The position numbers were made by a program, and so were the translations under genes. The notes beneath the pieces are model-generated. The model worked only from the letters and a program-made list of their open reading frames with translations, searched no databases and was not told where the DNA came from. DNA of 64,000 bases from an uncultured bacterium. GTDB taxonomy: Bacteria > Oederibacteriota > JAAXVQ01 > JAUVAV01. Positions within the stretch are counted from its first letter, which is position 1. Each line of letters begins with the position of its first letter. The stretch is from NCBI GenBank assembly GCA_963710755.1, contig CAVQBK010000003.1:1403108-1467107 (forward strand), given 5' to 3'. Below, piece after piece: positions 9,147 to 18,958 of the stretch.

Positions 9147-9368
9147 ATGAGCAAACTTATCGGTCCGATCTTGCTGGTGCTGGGGCTTGCCACCTTGAAC
9201 GGCTGCGTGACGGTCCACCAGATTGACCGGGAAAACTTATCCCGCCGTATTATGCAATTCGAGCCTTCCCCCAATGACCAGGCTTTTATCAATGAATATC
9301 ATTCCATTCGCGAGGGCGCTTCCGGCGGTACCGGCCAGAGTGCGGGAGGTGGCTGTGGCTGCAACTAG
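9147..9368 (+). CDS. DUF4266 family small lipoprotein
   Basis: LNGC lipobox; C-terminal REGASGG...GGGCGCN; AAGGAG RBS. Confidence 0.92.
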   Translation: MSKLIGPILLVLGLATLNGCVTVHQIDRENLSRRIMQFEPSPNDQAFINEYHSIREGASGGTGQSAGGGCGCN

Positions 9369-10596
9369 AACACTCCTGTTTACTTTGCTTATTTTGGTTT
9401 TGATCGAGACGGCGGCGCTGGCGGAAACCTCAGTTGAATTCCTGGTGAATTTCCTGCAACAAAATGGGCAAGGCGGCAAACAAGTGATCGACGGGTCGGG
9501 GAACCAGGAACTTAAGCTTTATGAACCCATCATTTTCGTGGATACCCAATTGACGGAAACCACCAATTTTCATATCGAGGGTGTTTACGATTCTTTTTCC
9601 AGCGCCTCGGCCAGGGCGTTTGATCTTGCTACCGGCGCTTCAGCCAAAAATGCGGATGCCACTACCGGCGCTTCCCTGCTTTCAACCCAAGCCGAGGAAG
9701 AGGATGGCCAAGAGGCTAGGGAACATGGCCTGGAGGATGACGGAGAGGACGGCGGGGAAACAAGCACATCCAGTCAAAACGTCTGGGAATCGCGGCGTGC
9801 CATTGATCTGAGCATTGCCCAAAAGCTGGGGACGTGGGTGTTCGTGCCGTCCTTCGGGACTTCAGCGGAGTATGATTATATTTCCCGTCATGGGGGCTTA
9901 GCACTTCAGAAGTCATTTGCAGAGGATAATTTTATCGTTTCTTTGGGCGCTTTCTATTATCAGGACTCAGTGTATGCTTTCGACATGGCTACCGGCTTGT
10001 TTACCCGGTGGACGCCCAAACTGACGCGTTCTTACAACCTCAGTCTTTCCCAACTATTGGGTCCTATGGACGTTATTCTGTTGGGCGGAAGCTATACGCT
10101 CCAGACGGGCTTGCTCTCCTCGATTTCCAACACGGTCGTGGTCCCCCAGGGAAGAGTACAGGAAGTTTTGCCCAACAGCAGGGACAAATGGACAGGTACC
10201 GTGCGTTATATTCATGGTTTTTCACCGATCTTGGCAGCCCATGTCGATTACCGCTATTATACTGATAACTGGGGGATTGTGGCCAACACGGTCGAGCCCT
10301 CGCTTGTGTTCGGCACTGAGGAAGAAACCGATTTACTACAGATTGCTTACCGCCATCATTTTCAACAGGGTACCCGTTATTATGGCGACAGCTTTCCTGC
10401 AGCCACTGGTTTTATGACCTCTGATTCTGATTTACAGACCTTTACAGCCCGGGAAGTGAGACTTCACTACGAACATCATTGGGATCTCCCCGATTGGCTG
10501 AAAAGCATTGCCGGCAGTGCCACCGTGGCGTATTACGTCCGGGATAATGATCTGCAGGCATGGCTGTTTCAGCTTGGCCTAAGCGGCGTGTTTTAA
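9355..10596 (+). CDS. DUF3570 family outer-membrane protein (ApbE flavinylation substrate)
   Basis: Lies between DUF4266 and apbE; EYDY.S, EVLPNSRDK, YRYYTDNWG, TSDSDL motifs; terminal Phe. Start set at GTG 9355 after GGAGG (the ORF track extends to 9223). Confidence 0.88.
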   Translation: MAATRTLLFTLLILVLIETAALAETSVEFLVNFLQQNGQGGKQVIDGSGNQELKLYEPIIFVDTQLTETTNFHIEGVYDSFSSASARAFDLATGASAKNADATTGASLLSTQAEEEDGQEAREHGLEDDGEDGGETSTSSQNVWESRRAIDLSIAQKLGTWVFVPSFGTSAEYDYISRHGGLALQKSFAEDNFIVSLGAFYYQDSVYAFDMATGLFTRWTPKLTRSYNLSLSQLLGPMDVILLGGSYTLQTGLLSSISNTVVVPQGRVQEVLPNSRDKWTGTVRYIHGFSPILAAHVDYRYYTDNWGIVANTVEPSLVFGTEEETDLLQIAYRHHFQQGTRYYGDSFPAATGFMTSDSDLQTFTAREVRLHYEHHWDLPDWLKSIAGSATVAYYVRDNDLQAWLFQLGLSGVF

Positions 10597-11538
10597 ATGG
10601 ACCGGGCAGTCACCCTCTCGCAGAATCACATGGGGTCTCCCTTCATGCTGCGCGCTTATCCTGGCCAATTTGCCGGCAGCCGGGAGAGCCTGGCCAAAAT
10701 CCTGGACCTGGCCATGGGGGAAGTGCGGCGGCTGGAAGGCCTTTTAACCGATTTTAAGCCAAGCCCTTTCAATAATATAAATGAGCAGGCGGGCCTGGCG
10801 CCAGTGGCGGTCAGCGATGAGATTTACGGGCTGATCAAATTTGCGCTTCAGGCCTCACGGGACAGCGAGGGCGCCTTTGATATCTCTTACGCAGCCGTAG
10901 GCCAACTGTGGCGGGAAGCGTTTAAAACCGGCATTCCTCCCCGGGAAAGCGAATTGACACAAAAGCGCAAGCTGGTGAATTACCGCCGCATTCTATTGGA
11001 TGAAGGCAAAGGCACGGTATTTTTACCAGACCCCGGCATGCGTATTGGCCTGGGGGGGGTGGGTAAAGGCTACGCAGTGGACCGGGTCTACGACATGCTG
11101 GTGCGCATGGGCGTGACCAACTTTGTGGTTGATGGCGCCGGTGACATCCGGGTTCATTCTTCAGCCAATGCGCCCCGGTCCTGGCATGTGGGGGTGCGCA
11201 ATCCTCTGGCGCGCGACGCTCTTGCCATGGGCAGTATTTTGCTTTCCCAAGGGGCGGTGGCCACGTCTGGGGATTATGAACGCTATTTCAAATTTCATGG
11301 TAAAAAAGTTCATCACATCATGGATGCGCGCACGTCGGAGATTCGGACCGACGTGGCCAGCGTCACCATCCTCGCACCCACGGCCTTGGCGGCCGATGTT
11401 TATGCCACCACGGCCATGGCTCTGGGCCTGCGTGATGGTGAGCAATTTATAAGGCGACGGCGGGATATCCGCGGCTTCATGGTGGCCAGTACGGGTAAAG
11501 TTATCCGGTGCCACGACCAAAAGGAGGTTGCAGTATGA
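10597..11538 (+). CDS. apbE: FAD:protein FMN transferase
   Basis: HMGS, SEGAFDIS, IGLGGVGKGYAVD, GDI, AVATSGDYERY, HHIMD, ADVYAT. Confidence 0.95.
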   Translation: MDRAVTLSQNHMGSPFMLRAYPGQFAGSRESLAKILDLAMGEVRRLEGLLTDFKPSPFNNINEQAGLAPVAVSDEIYGLIKFALQASRDSEGAFDISYAAVGQLWREAFKTGIPPRESELTQKRKLVNYRRILLDEGKGTVFLPDPGMRIGLGGVGKGYAVDRVYDMLVRMGVTNFVVDGAGDIRVHSSANAPRSWHVGVRNPLARDALAMGSILLSQGAVATSGDYERYFKFHGKKVHHIMDARTSEIRTDVASVTILAPTALAADVYATTAMALGLRDGEQFIRRRRDIRGFMVASTGKVIRCHDQKEVAV

Positions 11539-12215
11539 ATGTCAGCTTTGAGCATGTCACCTGGGTGACCTATGTGGCTGTCTATGCCGCAGGGCTGGTG
11601 ACATCCTTTACGCCTTGTATTTATCCTATCATCCCTATTGTGGTCGGATTTTTAGGGTCACGCCAGGGGAGCTTTGGCCACCGGGTTACGGCCTCCTTGG
11701 CTTATGCCCTGGGCTTGGCGATTGTCTATTCCAGTCTGGGCATGATTGCAGCGCTCACGGGCAATTTGTTCGGTTCCCTGACCACCAATCCCTGGATTTA
11801 TTTGGGGTTTGGGGTTTTATTACTGGTTCTCGGCGGCAGCATGATGGAATGGTATGTCATCCCCTGGTTAAACGGGCAGGGGTTGGGCCCTGCCAAGAGC
11901 AGTACTTCTGTTTTTTGGGGACCACTGCTGGTGGGCGCCAGTTCAGGACTGGTGGCCTCTCCCTGTTCGGCGCCGGTGTTGGCCACCTTGCTGGTCTATG
12001 TCGCGTCCACTAAGGCTGTGGTGAATGGCGCTGTGTTGCTCTTTCTTTTTTCCCTGGGCATGAGTACCATCCTGTTGGCCATTGGTTTGTTCGCAGGCAC
12101 AGCCAGCTTGCTTCCCAAGTCGGGGATGTGGATGGTCCGGGTTAAAAAAGGCATGGCGTTGATTATGATCGCTGCCGGGATCTATTTTATTTTTGCTGCC
12201 GGCAAATTAGCCTGA
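11535..12215 (+). CDS. CcdA/DsbD-beta transmembrane electron transporter
   Basis: SFTPCIYP and ASPCSAP redox Cys motifs, LPKSGMWM; ATGA overlap with apbE. Confidence 0.92.
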   Translation: MNVSFEHVTWVTYVAVYAAGLVTSFTPCIYPIIPIVVGFLGSRQGSFGHRVTASLAYALGLAIVYSSLGMIAALTGNLFGSLTTNPWIYLGFGVLLLVLGGSMMEWYVIPWLNGQGLGPAKSSTSVFWGPLLVGASSGLVASPCSAPVLATLLVYVASTKAVVNGAVLLFLFSLGMSTILLAIGLFAGTASLLPKSGMWMVRVKKGMALIMIAAGIYFIFAAGKLA

Positions 12216-12248
12216 GGATGTTATAAAAAAAGCAAAGGAGGCAAGACG

Positions 12249-12710
12249 ATGAAAGTAAGTAGTTTGTGGTTGGCTGCAGGGTTGGGGCTGGTGCTGGGAC
12301 TGGCCACTTGGGCCGGTGCCGCTGAAGTTAAAGCCGGAGAGTTTACACTTTCTGATTTAAATGGCAAAACCTTCATCTCAAAAGATATGCTGGCCGGGAA
12401 AAGGGTGGTGATCAATTTTTGGGCGGCTTGGTGTTCCACCTGCAAGGAGGAAATTCCCCAGTTGCAAGAATTTCAAAAGAAAAATCAAGCAGATGATGTC
12501 CTATTTATTGGGATAAATGTAGGGGACAAAGCCACCAAGGCCAAGAAGTTTCAAGACCGCTACCATTATCCTTATCTCGTGCTTCTGGACCGGGATAAAT
12601 CGGTGACCAAGGGCTACGGTGTTACCAGTGTTCCTCAAACCTTGATTTTGGACAACCAAGGGGAAGTGGTTTTTCGCGGCTCCCGGCCACCCAAAGACAT
12701 GCCTCACTAA
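12249..12710 (+). CDS. TlpA/ResA-like exported thioredoxin
   Basis: Signal peptide, NFWAAWCSTCKEE, cis-Pro motif VP. Confidence 0.93.
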   Translation: MKVSSLWLAAGLGLVLGLATWAGAAEVKAGEFTLSDLNGKTFISKDMLAGKRVVINFWAAWCSTCKEEIPQLQEFQKKNQADDVLFIGINVGDKATKAKKFQDRYHYPYLVLLDRDKSVTKGYGVTSVPQTLILDNQGEVVFRGSRPPKDMPH

Positions 12711-12775
12711 AACGCGCAGGTACCGGCTGCTGAGTTCATAGGAGCAAGGCGCCTGCGTTTGTTAAGGGAGAGCGA

Positions 12776-14056
12776 ATGATGAAAGTACAGGAACCCTTCC
12801 AACATCCTGAAGCCGGCAATGAAGGTCTGGCGCCTTTAAAGGGCTGGCACAAAACGTTTTCCGCCCTGCGCAATCCTAATTACCGCTATTTTTTTTCGGG
12901 GCAGTCGGTTTCCCTGATTGGGACCTGGGCACGTACTGCGGCCTTGGGCTGGGTGGCCTTTCAATTTTCCCACTCTGAATTATTACTGGGCATTGTATTT
13001 ATGCTCAACTACCTTCCGGTTTTTCTCTTGGCCGTTTATGCCGGTGCCTTGGCCGACCGTGTTCCCAAGATCAGAATTTTTATGGTGACCAGTTGGTTTG
13101 CCCTGCTTTCGTCTCTAACCTTGGCGGTGTTGCTGTTTCAAGGGCCGGTGCACATGGTTACCCTCATGATATTTGCCACGCTCTGGGGCTTGGCCTTAAC
13201 CTTTGAAATGCCTGCCCGCCAAACCCTGATGGTGGAACTGGTAGGCAGAAAAGACCTGGTCAACGCCATTGCCCTCAACAGCGCCATGGTGAATGGCGCA
13301 CGGGTGGTTGGTCCGGCCATTGGCGGGCTGCTGCTGGCCTCAGTTGGAGCAGCCTGGTGCTTTGTCTGGGATGCGGCAAGTTATTTGGCCGTGCTTTACG
13401 CCCTGCATCGCATCAAACTGCCGGCGTCGCATTACACTCCCAAAAAAGTTAAACCCGACTGGCGCTATACCTTGGAAGGGTTCAACTATTTGAAGACGAG
13501 CCCCATTATCGCCCAGGCTGTGGCCATGTTATTGGTGGTGGGCGTGGGCGGGTGGGCGTACACGACCCAGCTGTCCGCTTTTGTGGTCACCCAACTGCAT
13601 TTGAATGCCCAAGCGTATGGCTGGCTTTTGGCGGTCAATGGATTGGGGGCATCCACGGCAGCCTTGCTGGTGGCTGCTCAGGGCACACGTCTGGTTCTGA
13701 CCAAGACCCTTTATGCCGGGGCCGGTATCTATGCGGTTTTTATCATTCTTTTCGGATTGATGGTCCAGCCGGTGGGGGCCGCCTTTTTGATATTCTTCGC
13801 CGGCTTTGGCATCATTCTGCTGTACTCCATAGGTAACAGCCTCATTCAAACCCAATCACCGGACCATCTGCGCGGCAGAATTATGGGGATTTGGGCCCTC
13901 GTGTTCGGCGGCAGTATGCCCATCGGCAGTTTGTGGATGGGCTGGGTGGCCACCCATACGTCTTCCGGTTTTGCCCTGCAAGTGGGCGGGCTTTTTTGTA
14001 TCCTCGGTGCGTTGACCGTGTTTTGGTTTTTGGGGCGAAGCCCTTCGGCTTCTTAA
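12776..14056 (+). CDS. MFS transporter (MFS_3/DUF894-like)
   Basis: NYRYFFSGQSVSLIGTW, GALADR, NAIALNS, LRGRIMG; 12 TMs. Confidence 0.92.
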   Translation: MMKVQEPFQHPEAGNEGLAPLKGWHKTFSALRNPNYRYFFSGQSVSLIGTWARTAALGWVAFQFSHSELLLGIVFMLNYLPVFLLAVYAGALADRVPKIRIFMVTSWFALLSSLTLAVLLFQGPVHMVTLMIFATLWGLALTFEMPARQTLMVELVGRKDLVNAIALNSAMVNGARVVGPAIGGLLLASVGAAWCFVWDAASYLAVLYALHRIKLPASHYTPKKVKPDWRYTLEGFNYLKTSPIIAQAVAMLLVVGVGGWAYTTQLSAFVVTQLHLNAQAYGWLLAVNGLGASTAALLVAAQGTRLVLTKTLYAGAGIYAVFIILFGLMVQPVGAAFLIFFAGFGIILLYSIGNSLIQTQSPDHLRGRIMGIWALVFGGSMPIGSLWMGWVATHTSSGFALQVGGLFCILGALTVFWFLGRSPSAS

Positions 14057-14295
14057 TATCATCAACCTTGCCGTATCCTACCGTCACCGCTGGGCAGTGT
14101 GGGACGAATCACCTGACCGCGACAAAGTGGCGGTTTTTAATAGGTCCCCGCTGTCAACGGTGGGATGACGCAGAAATGAAAATAATGAACTTCTTCCTTT
14201 TCCATCAAAATACACCGCAATGAATTAAGCGGTATTTTATACCCCTTTGCGTTAAAATACCCCTGTGGTTACCTTGAACTGAGGGAGGTCTTCCC

Positions 14296-15210
14296 ATGGC
14301 ACTCATTCGTAAAATACGTAAAGTATTTAAAAGCAAGCCTACCTTGGAAGGGGCGGGGGTGCATCTACGGCGGGTCTTTGGGAACGCCGAAGTGCCACTT
14401 TTTGACCCGTTTTTACTGCTCGACGATTTTCGAAATACCGATCCCCGCCATTATATCAAAGGCTTTCCTTGGCATCCTCATCGGGGTATTGAAACCATCA
14501 CCTATGTTTTGCAAGGTGAAGTAGATCACGGTGACAGCATGGGCAACAAAGGCACCATCGGCGCCGGAGATACGCAATGGATGACCGCCGGCAGCGGTAT
14601 CATTCATCAGGAAATGCCCCGTGGTGATAGTAAGGGTACCATGGAAGGATTTCAGCTTTGGGCAAACCTGCCCAAGTCCCACAAAATGATGCCGCCCCGT
14701 TACCGCGATATTAAGAGTGCCCAGGTTCCGGAAGTGGTCAAGGACCATGGCGTCAAGATCAAGGTGATCTGCGGCACCGTGGACGGACAACACGGCCCGG
14801 TCAAAGATGTGGTCATTGATCCTGAATACCTTGATATTACAGTGCCACCTGACACTCCGTTTGAGCACAAGACTGTGCGTGGCCATACGGTTTTTGTTTA
14901 TGTCATTGGCGGGAAGGCCGTCTTTTGCAATGAGAAAAATGCCTTTGCCTATGATGTGGAAGGTGCCAATTATTTTGATATGGACCGCGATGCTTTTATA
15001 ACCAACGGCACGGCTGTCCTTTTTGAAGATGGTGATCAGATTACGGTGACCACCCAGGGAGAAGGGGTGCGTTTTTTGTTCATCTCAGGCCGGCCGCTTC
15101 ACGAACCTGTGGCCTGGTACGGCCCCATAGTGATGAATTCGGAGGAAGAACTACGCACGGCCTTTGAAGAATATCAAGACGGCACGTTTATTAAACCCAC
15201 TATGGCTTAA
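14296..15210 (+). CDS. Pirin family protein
   Basis: DPFLLLD, HPHRGIET, WMTAGSGIIHQE, QLWANLP, GPIVMN. Confidence 0.95.
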   Translation: MALIRKIRKVFKSKPTLEGAGVHLRRVFGNAEVPLFDPFLLLDDFRNTDPRHYIKGFPWHPHRGIETITYVLQGEVDHGDSMGNKGTIGAGDTQWMTAGSGIIHQEMPRGDSKGTMEGFQLWANLPKSHKMMPPRYRDIKSAQVPEVVKDHGVKIKVICGTVDGQHGPVKDVVIDPEYLDITVPPDTPFEHKTVRGHTVFVYVIGGKAVFCNEKNAFAYDVEGANYFDMDRDAFITNGTAVLFEDGDQITVTTQGEGVRFLFISGRPLHEPVAWYGPIVMNSEEELRTAFEEYQDGTFIKPTMA

Positions 15211-15509
15211 TGCAACCGGGCACAGGATCCTTTTGAGGATGTCGGCTCACCTCAAGCCATAAGTATAAAGATAAGGGATGATTTCTAATAAGCAAGCGCT
15301 TACCTTCAATAGTATTGCAAGATAAAAAACATCAATAACCACTAGACCTTGTCCTTCAGGAGAAAAGCTTCGCAGGAATGCAATTAACTCAGGTTGACAA
15401 AGCTGTAGCGCGCCGTCTATAAAAGTTATAGCACATCTGGCATATATCCCGCACCGCCCAGAGTGTGGAAAGGCCAAAAGGGGATGTCGAGGGAAGGTTC
15501 ATTTTAACC

Positions 15510-16322
15510 ATGTTAGCCTTTATTCAAAACTTATCACCTATCATGCAAGCCCTGGTGGCGGGGATCTTTACGTGGAGCATTACCGCCATCGGTGCGGCGG
15601 CGGTATTTACCACCGGCACTTTTAACCAAAAAATGCTGGATGGTATGCTTGGTTTGGCCGGCGGGGTCATGATGGCAGCCAGTTTCTGGTCTTTGCTGGC
15701 GCCGGCCATTGAAATGGCCCAGGACGGCCCACTGGCAGCCTGGATTCCGGCAGCGGTGGGATTTTTATTGGGCGCCCTCTTTTTACGTGGGCTCGATTTG
15801 GTTTTGCCCCATTTACATGTTGGCTATCCCATGGATGAGGCGGAAGGTATTAAAACTTCCTGGAGACGGAGTACCTTATTGGTGTTGGCCATCACCTTGC
15901 ACAATATTCCGGAAGGGTTGGCTATTGGGGTGGCTTTTGGGGCCTTGGGCGCCGGTTTTCCGGGGGCCACCTTGACGGGAGCTGTTGCTCTGGCCATAGG
16001 CATTGGCATTCAGAATTTTCCGGAAGGCTTCGCAGTATCGGTTCCGCTCAGACGGGAAGGCATGTCCCGTTTTAAAAGTTTTTGGTACGGCCAGTTGTCG
16101 GCGGTGGTGGAACCGATAGCCAGTTTGATCGGCGCAGGCGCTGTGCTGGTAGCCAAACCTTTATTGCCTTATGCCTTGGCCTTTGCCGCCGGGGCCATGA
16201 TCTTTGTGGTGGTGGAAGAAGTGATTCCCGAATCCCAGCGTCATGGTCATACGGAAATTGCCACCGGGGGCGCCATCGCCGGCTTTCTAATCATGATGAT
16301 CCTGGACGTGGCTCTGGGTTGA
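15510..16322 (+). CDS. ZIP family (ZupT/GufA-like) divalent metal transporter
   Basis: HNIPEG and QNFPEG motifs, [16 protein letters not shown]. Confidence 0.93.
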   Translation: MLAFIQNLSPIMQALVAGIFTWSITAIGAAAVFTTGTFNQKMLDGMLGLAGGVMMAASFWSLLAPAIEMAQDGPLAAWIPAAVGFLLGALFLRGLDLVLPHLHVGYPMDEAEGIKTSWRRSTLLVLAITLHNIPEGLAIGVAFGALGAGFPGATLTGAVALAIGIGIQNFPEGFAVSVPLRREGMSRFKSFWYGQLSAVVEPIASLIGAGAVLVAKPLLPYALAFAAGAMIFVVVEEVIPESQRHGHTEIATGGAIAGFLIMMILDVALG

Positions 16323-16395
16323 ACCGGGGTGCTCATTTAAAAACCTACCTTAATCCATCGAATGCTTTTTTCACCCAACTATAAAAAAGACGCAT

Positions 16396-17423
16396 TCAGC
16401 GAATGGCCACTTTCAGTTTGGCAAGCTGGTGGTTGTTTTGTACGATGCAGGCCAGGTAAATGCCGGGGCGGACCTGATGGCAATCCCAGCGCATGGGGTG
16501 AGTCCCCTGATTAAGATGATCGTTGAGGACAGTCACCACTTCGCCGGCTATATTACAGATGATCACCTTGACGTCTCCTGCCTGGGGAACCTCTACTAGG
16601 AAGGTCATGCTTTCTGAGGTAGGATTGGGATAAGCCAGGGCAGGTTTACCCCAGAACACCTCCGGCAGAGGAATAGTTGGTGTTGGCGTAGGGGTGATGC
16701 TGGCCATGGGCGTCATGGTTGGCGTCGGCGTGAACGTCACCGCGGCTGTTAGCGTGTTGCCGGGCGTGCTGGTGGGTTCCACGGTGGCCGTCAAATTAGG
16801 CGTGCCTGTGGGGTTGACAATGGCCGTGGTGTTTGGCGTAGGCGTCGGAGAGAGGGATGGTCCATTCAGAAGCTGAGCCAGCTGTTCGCGGGCAGCTTCC
16901 CAAACATCAGGATCATCAAACCAGCTGATGTTCGTCAGCACCCAGGTGGGATCATTGACATCGGTGACGCCATATTCCCAAAGGACTTTGGGAATAACGC
17001 TTTGTACAATAGCCTGGACCTGGCTGGGAATGACCTGGCTGGCTATCGTGAGGTAATCGTGATCCTGAATACCGCGGTGCCATTGCCGCTGGTTGCCGTG
17101 GAGTGAATAGCGGCACCACCTGGTCCGGTCAAGGTATCAAAGACAACTTATACACCAGAGGCTTCCTGAGAAGCAGCTTCCAGCACGAGATTGAAATTCA
17201 CCACCTTATTGCGCCCGCCGAAGATCTTGATGGTCGTACCATCCCAACAATGGTTTAACACCTTGCGTCCATTGGGCGCGCCTACACGCAGTTCCTCCTG
17301 GGTTACCTTGTCGCCGCTGTCATTGGCCCAAATAGTGCTAATACCGGCAAAACTAAAGGAAGGAAGGATCATGACGAGGAGTGGCACAGGCAACCCAAAA
17401 AAGGTTTTTAACTTCATGGCCAT
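16396..17423 (-). pseudogene. Disrupted secreted DUF4091-like (putative glycoside hydrolase) protein with Thr/Pro linker and YPNP-type C-terminal domain
   Basis: Signal peptide and N-terminus (WAND.GDKV, WDG..I.IFGGRN.VV.F) stop at TAA 17150-17148. The same frame continues VVFDTLTGPGG, then jumps near 17085 to W.RGIQD.DYL...ISW.DDPDVWEAAR, TPTPT repeats and YPNP...PGIYL. Confidence 0.7.
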
Positions 17424-17735
17424 AGTCCCTCACCGTGATTTAGTGGAAGGAAAGGATAAGGTGAAAATTCTGCCCATACTCTAGCATAGTTTGAGGATGA
17501 AAGTCGTCCGATCAAAGAAAATATCGGAAGCGGTTGGTTGGTAAGTTGACCTTGACGATTTATGATTTTATCAATCTTTGCTGACCAACCAGTGTGGGGC
17601 TGAGACAGATCGCAAGATGGGGCAGACAATGGTGGCGTCGGTGGGTAGGTTAAGGCTTTGGGAAGGTTGGGATAAAGATAAAGTGAAATAATCATCACTC
17701 TTTTACTCAAGCAACCTTGGCCAAAAGATAATCGT

Positions 17736-17978
17736 TCATTTTTCCTTTAACTGATAATGGGTAGCAATCTCCTCAATACTATCCATGGAGTTGGGAAGAA
17801 TGTCTTGAGGACATTGACCATATTTGGAAGCTACTTGCCATCTTTTGCAAGCATTTCGTCCTTCCGCCCCTTTGGTACAGTAATTCAAACGATACAGGTT
17901 GGAGATTTTTTCTTTTCCTTTTAGAACACCACCATATATTGGACATTTTTCATTCATGGGGCAAATGTCACTCATCAC
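17736..17978 (-). CDS. Small Cys-rich hypothetical protein
   Basis: GGAGGA RBS; CP...CP, YC, C..W, CP..ILPN pattern; AT-rich upstream region. Confidence 0.75.
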   Translation of the reverse strand: MMSDICPMNEKCPIYGGVLKGKEKISNLYRLNYCTKGAEGRNACKRWQVASKYGQCPQDILPNSMDSIEEIATHYQLKEK

Positions 17979-18406
17979 ATTCCTCCGACAATTGTAGTAT
18001 AAATAATCATATTAATATAATACACAATTAATGAATAATAATATAAATAAAAAATAAAATTAATACAATATTAAAATTATATTGTTAAACCATAATTCCT
18101 TGAATTTTGTCTTGATTTACCCCTCCGGTTAGGTCATATCATTCTGCAAGAGGTAAGCAGCATTCAAAGGGTTTCCAACAACAGCCCTCCAGAATTGAAA
18201 TGAATTAAATTCAAGATCGCTTTGTTGTTTAGCGCCTTGCCATGAGGAGGAGATCTTTTTAATCACCTTAGTCAGGTTTTGGTTAGGATAAGTAGATCAA
18301 TTCTTTACCGATACGGTAAAATTGTTCATAATAAAGGCGCGGTGGACAAACTGAGCCACTTCTACTTTGGGGTTAAGAGCATATAATTTCAGTTTCGGGA
18401 GGTGAA

Positions 18407-18886
18407 ATGATGGGCACTCAACACTATGCAACGATTGACGAGTACATTGCCGTTCAACCGCCATCGGTCCGTCCTCTCATGGAAAAAATGAGATCAGTGA
18501 TCCATGCCGCCGCGCCGGAGAGTGAAGAAACCTTCGGCTATGGTGTGCCTGCTTTCCGACAAAAGGGAGTTCTGGTTTATTTCGCCGCGTTTAAAAATCA
18601 TATTGGTTTTTATCCTACGGCTTCGGGGATCAAAGCTTTTGCCAAGGACTTGGCCTCTTATGATACTTCCGAAGGGACGGTGAGATTTCCACTGGATAAG
18701 GCCATGCCTTATGACCTGGTGACGAAGATGGTCAAATTCCGCGTCAAAGAGAATTTGCATAAAGCTGTCCTGAAAAAATCGTCTCAAGTTGCATCTAAAA
18801 CTAAGGCTGCACGGACTGCCGTTAAAAGGGGTCAAGATAGCAAGCGTTCTGGAAAAAACAATAAAGCGATGGCCAAAAAGTATTAA
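18407..18886 (+). CDS. DUF1801/YdhG-like protein with a basic tail
   Basis: TIDEYI, YGVPAF, FAAFKNHIGFYP, GTVRFP. Confidence 0.9.
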   Translation: MMGTQHYATIDEYIAVQPPSVRPLMEKMRSVIHAAAPESEETFGYGVPAFRQKGVLVYFAAFKNHIGFYPTASGIKAFAKDLASYDTSEGTVRFPLDKAMPYDLVTKMVKFRVKENLHKAVLKKSSQVASKTKAARTAVKRGQDSKRSGKNNKAMAKKY

Positions 18887-18958
18887 AGGCTAGACGGCTA
18901 AGGCGGAAGTCCAAGATCATGGGGGTAATTAGAGATCAAAGCAATAAGGAGGCGGAAG

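Noticed and set aside
15420-15450. Metal-regulator operator upstream of the ZIP gene
   Set aside because: Only a loose dyad (tatagc...gcatata); not assignable to Zur, MntR or Fur by eye.
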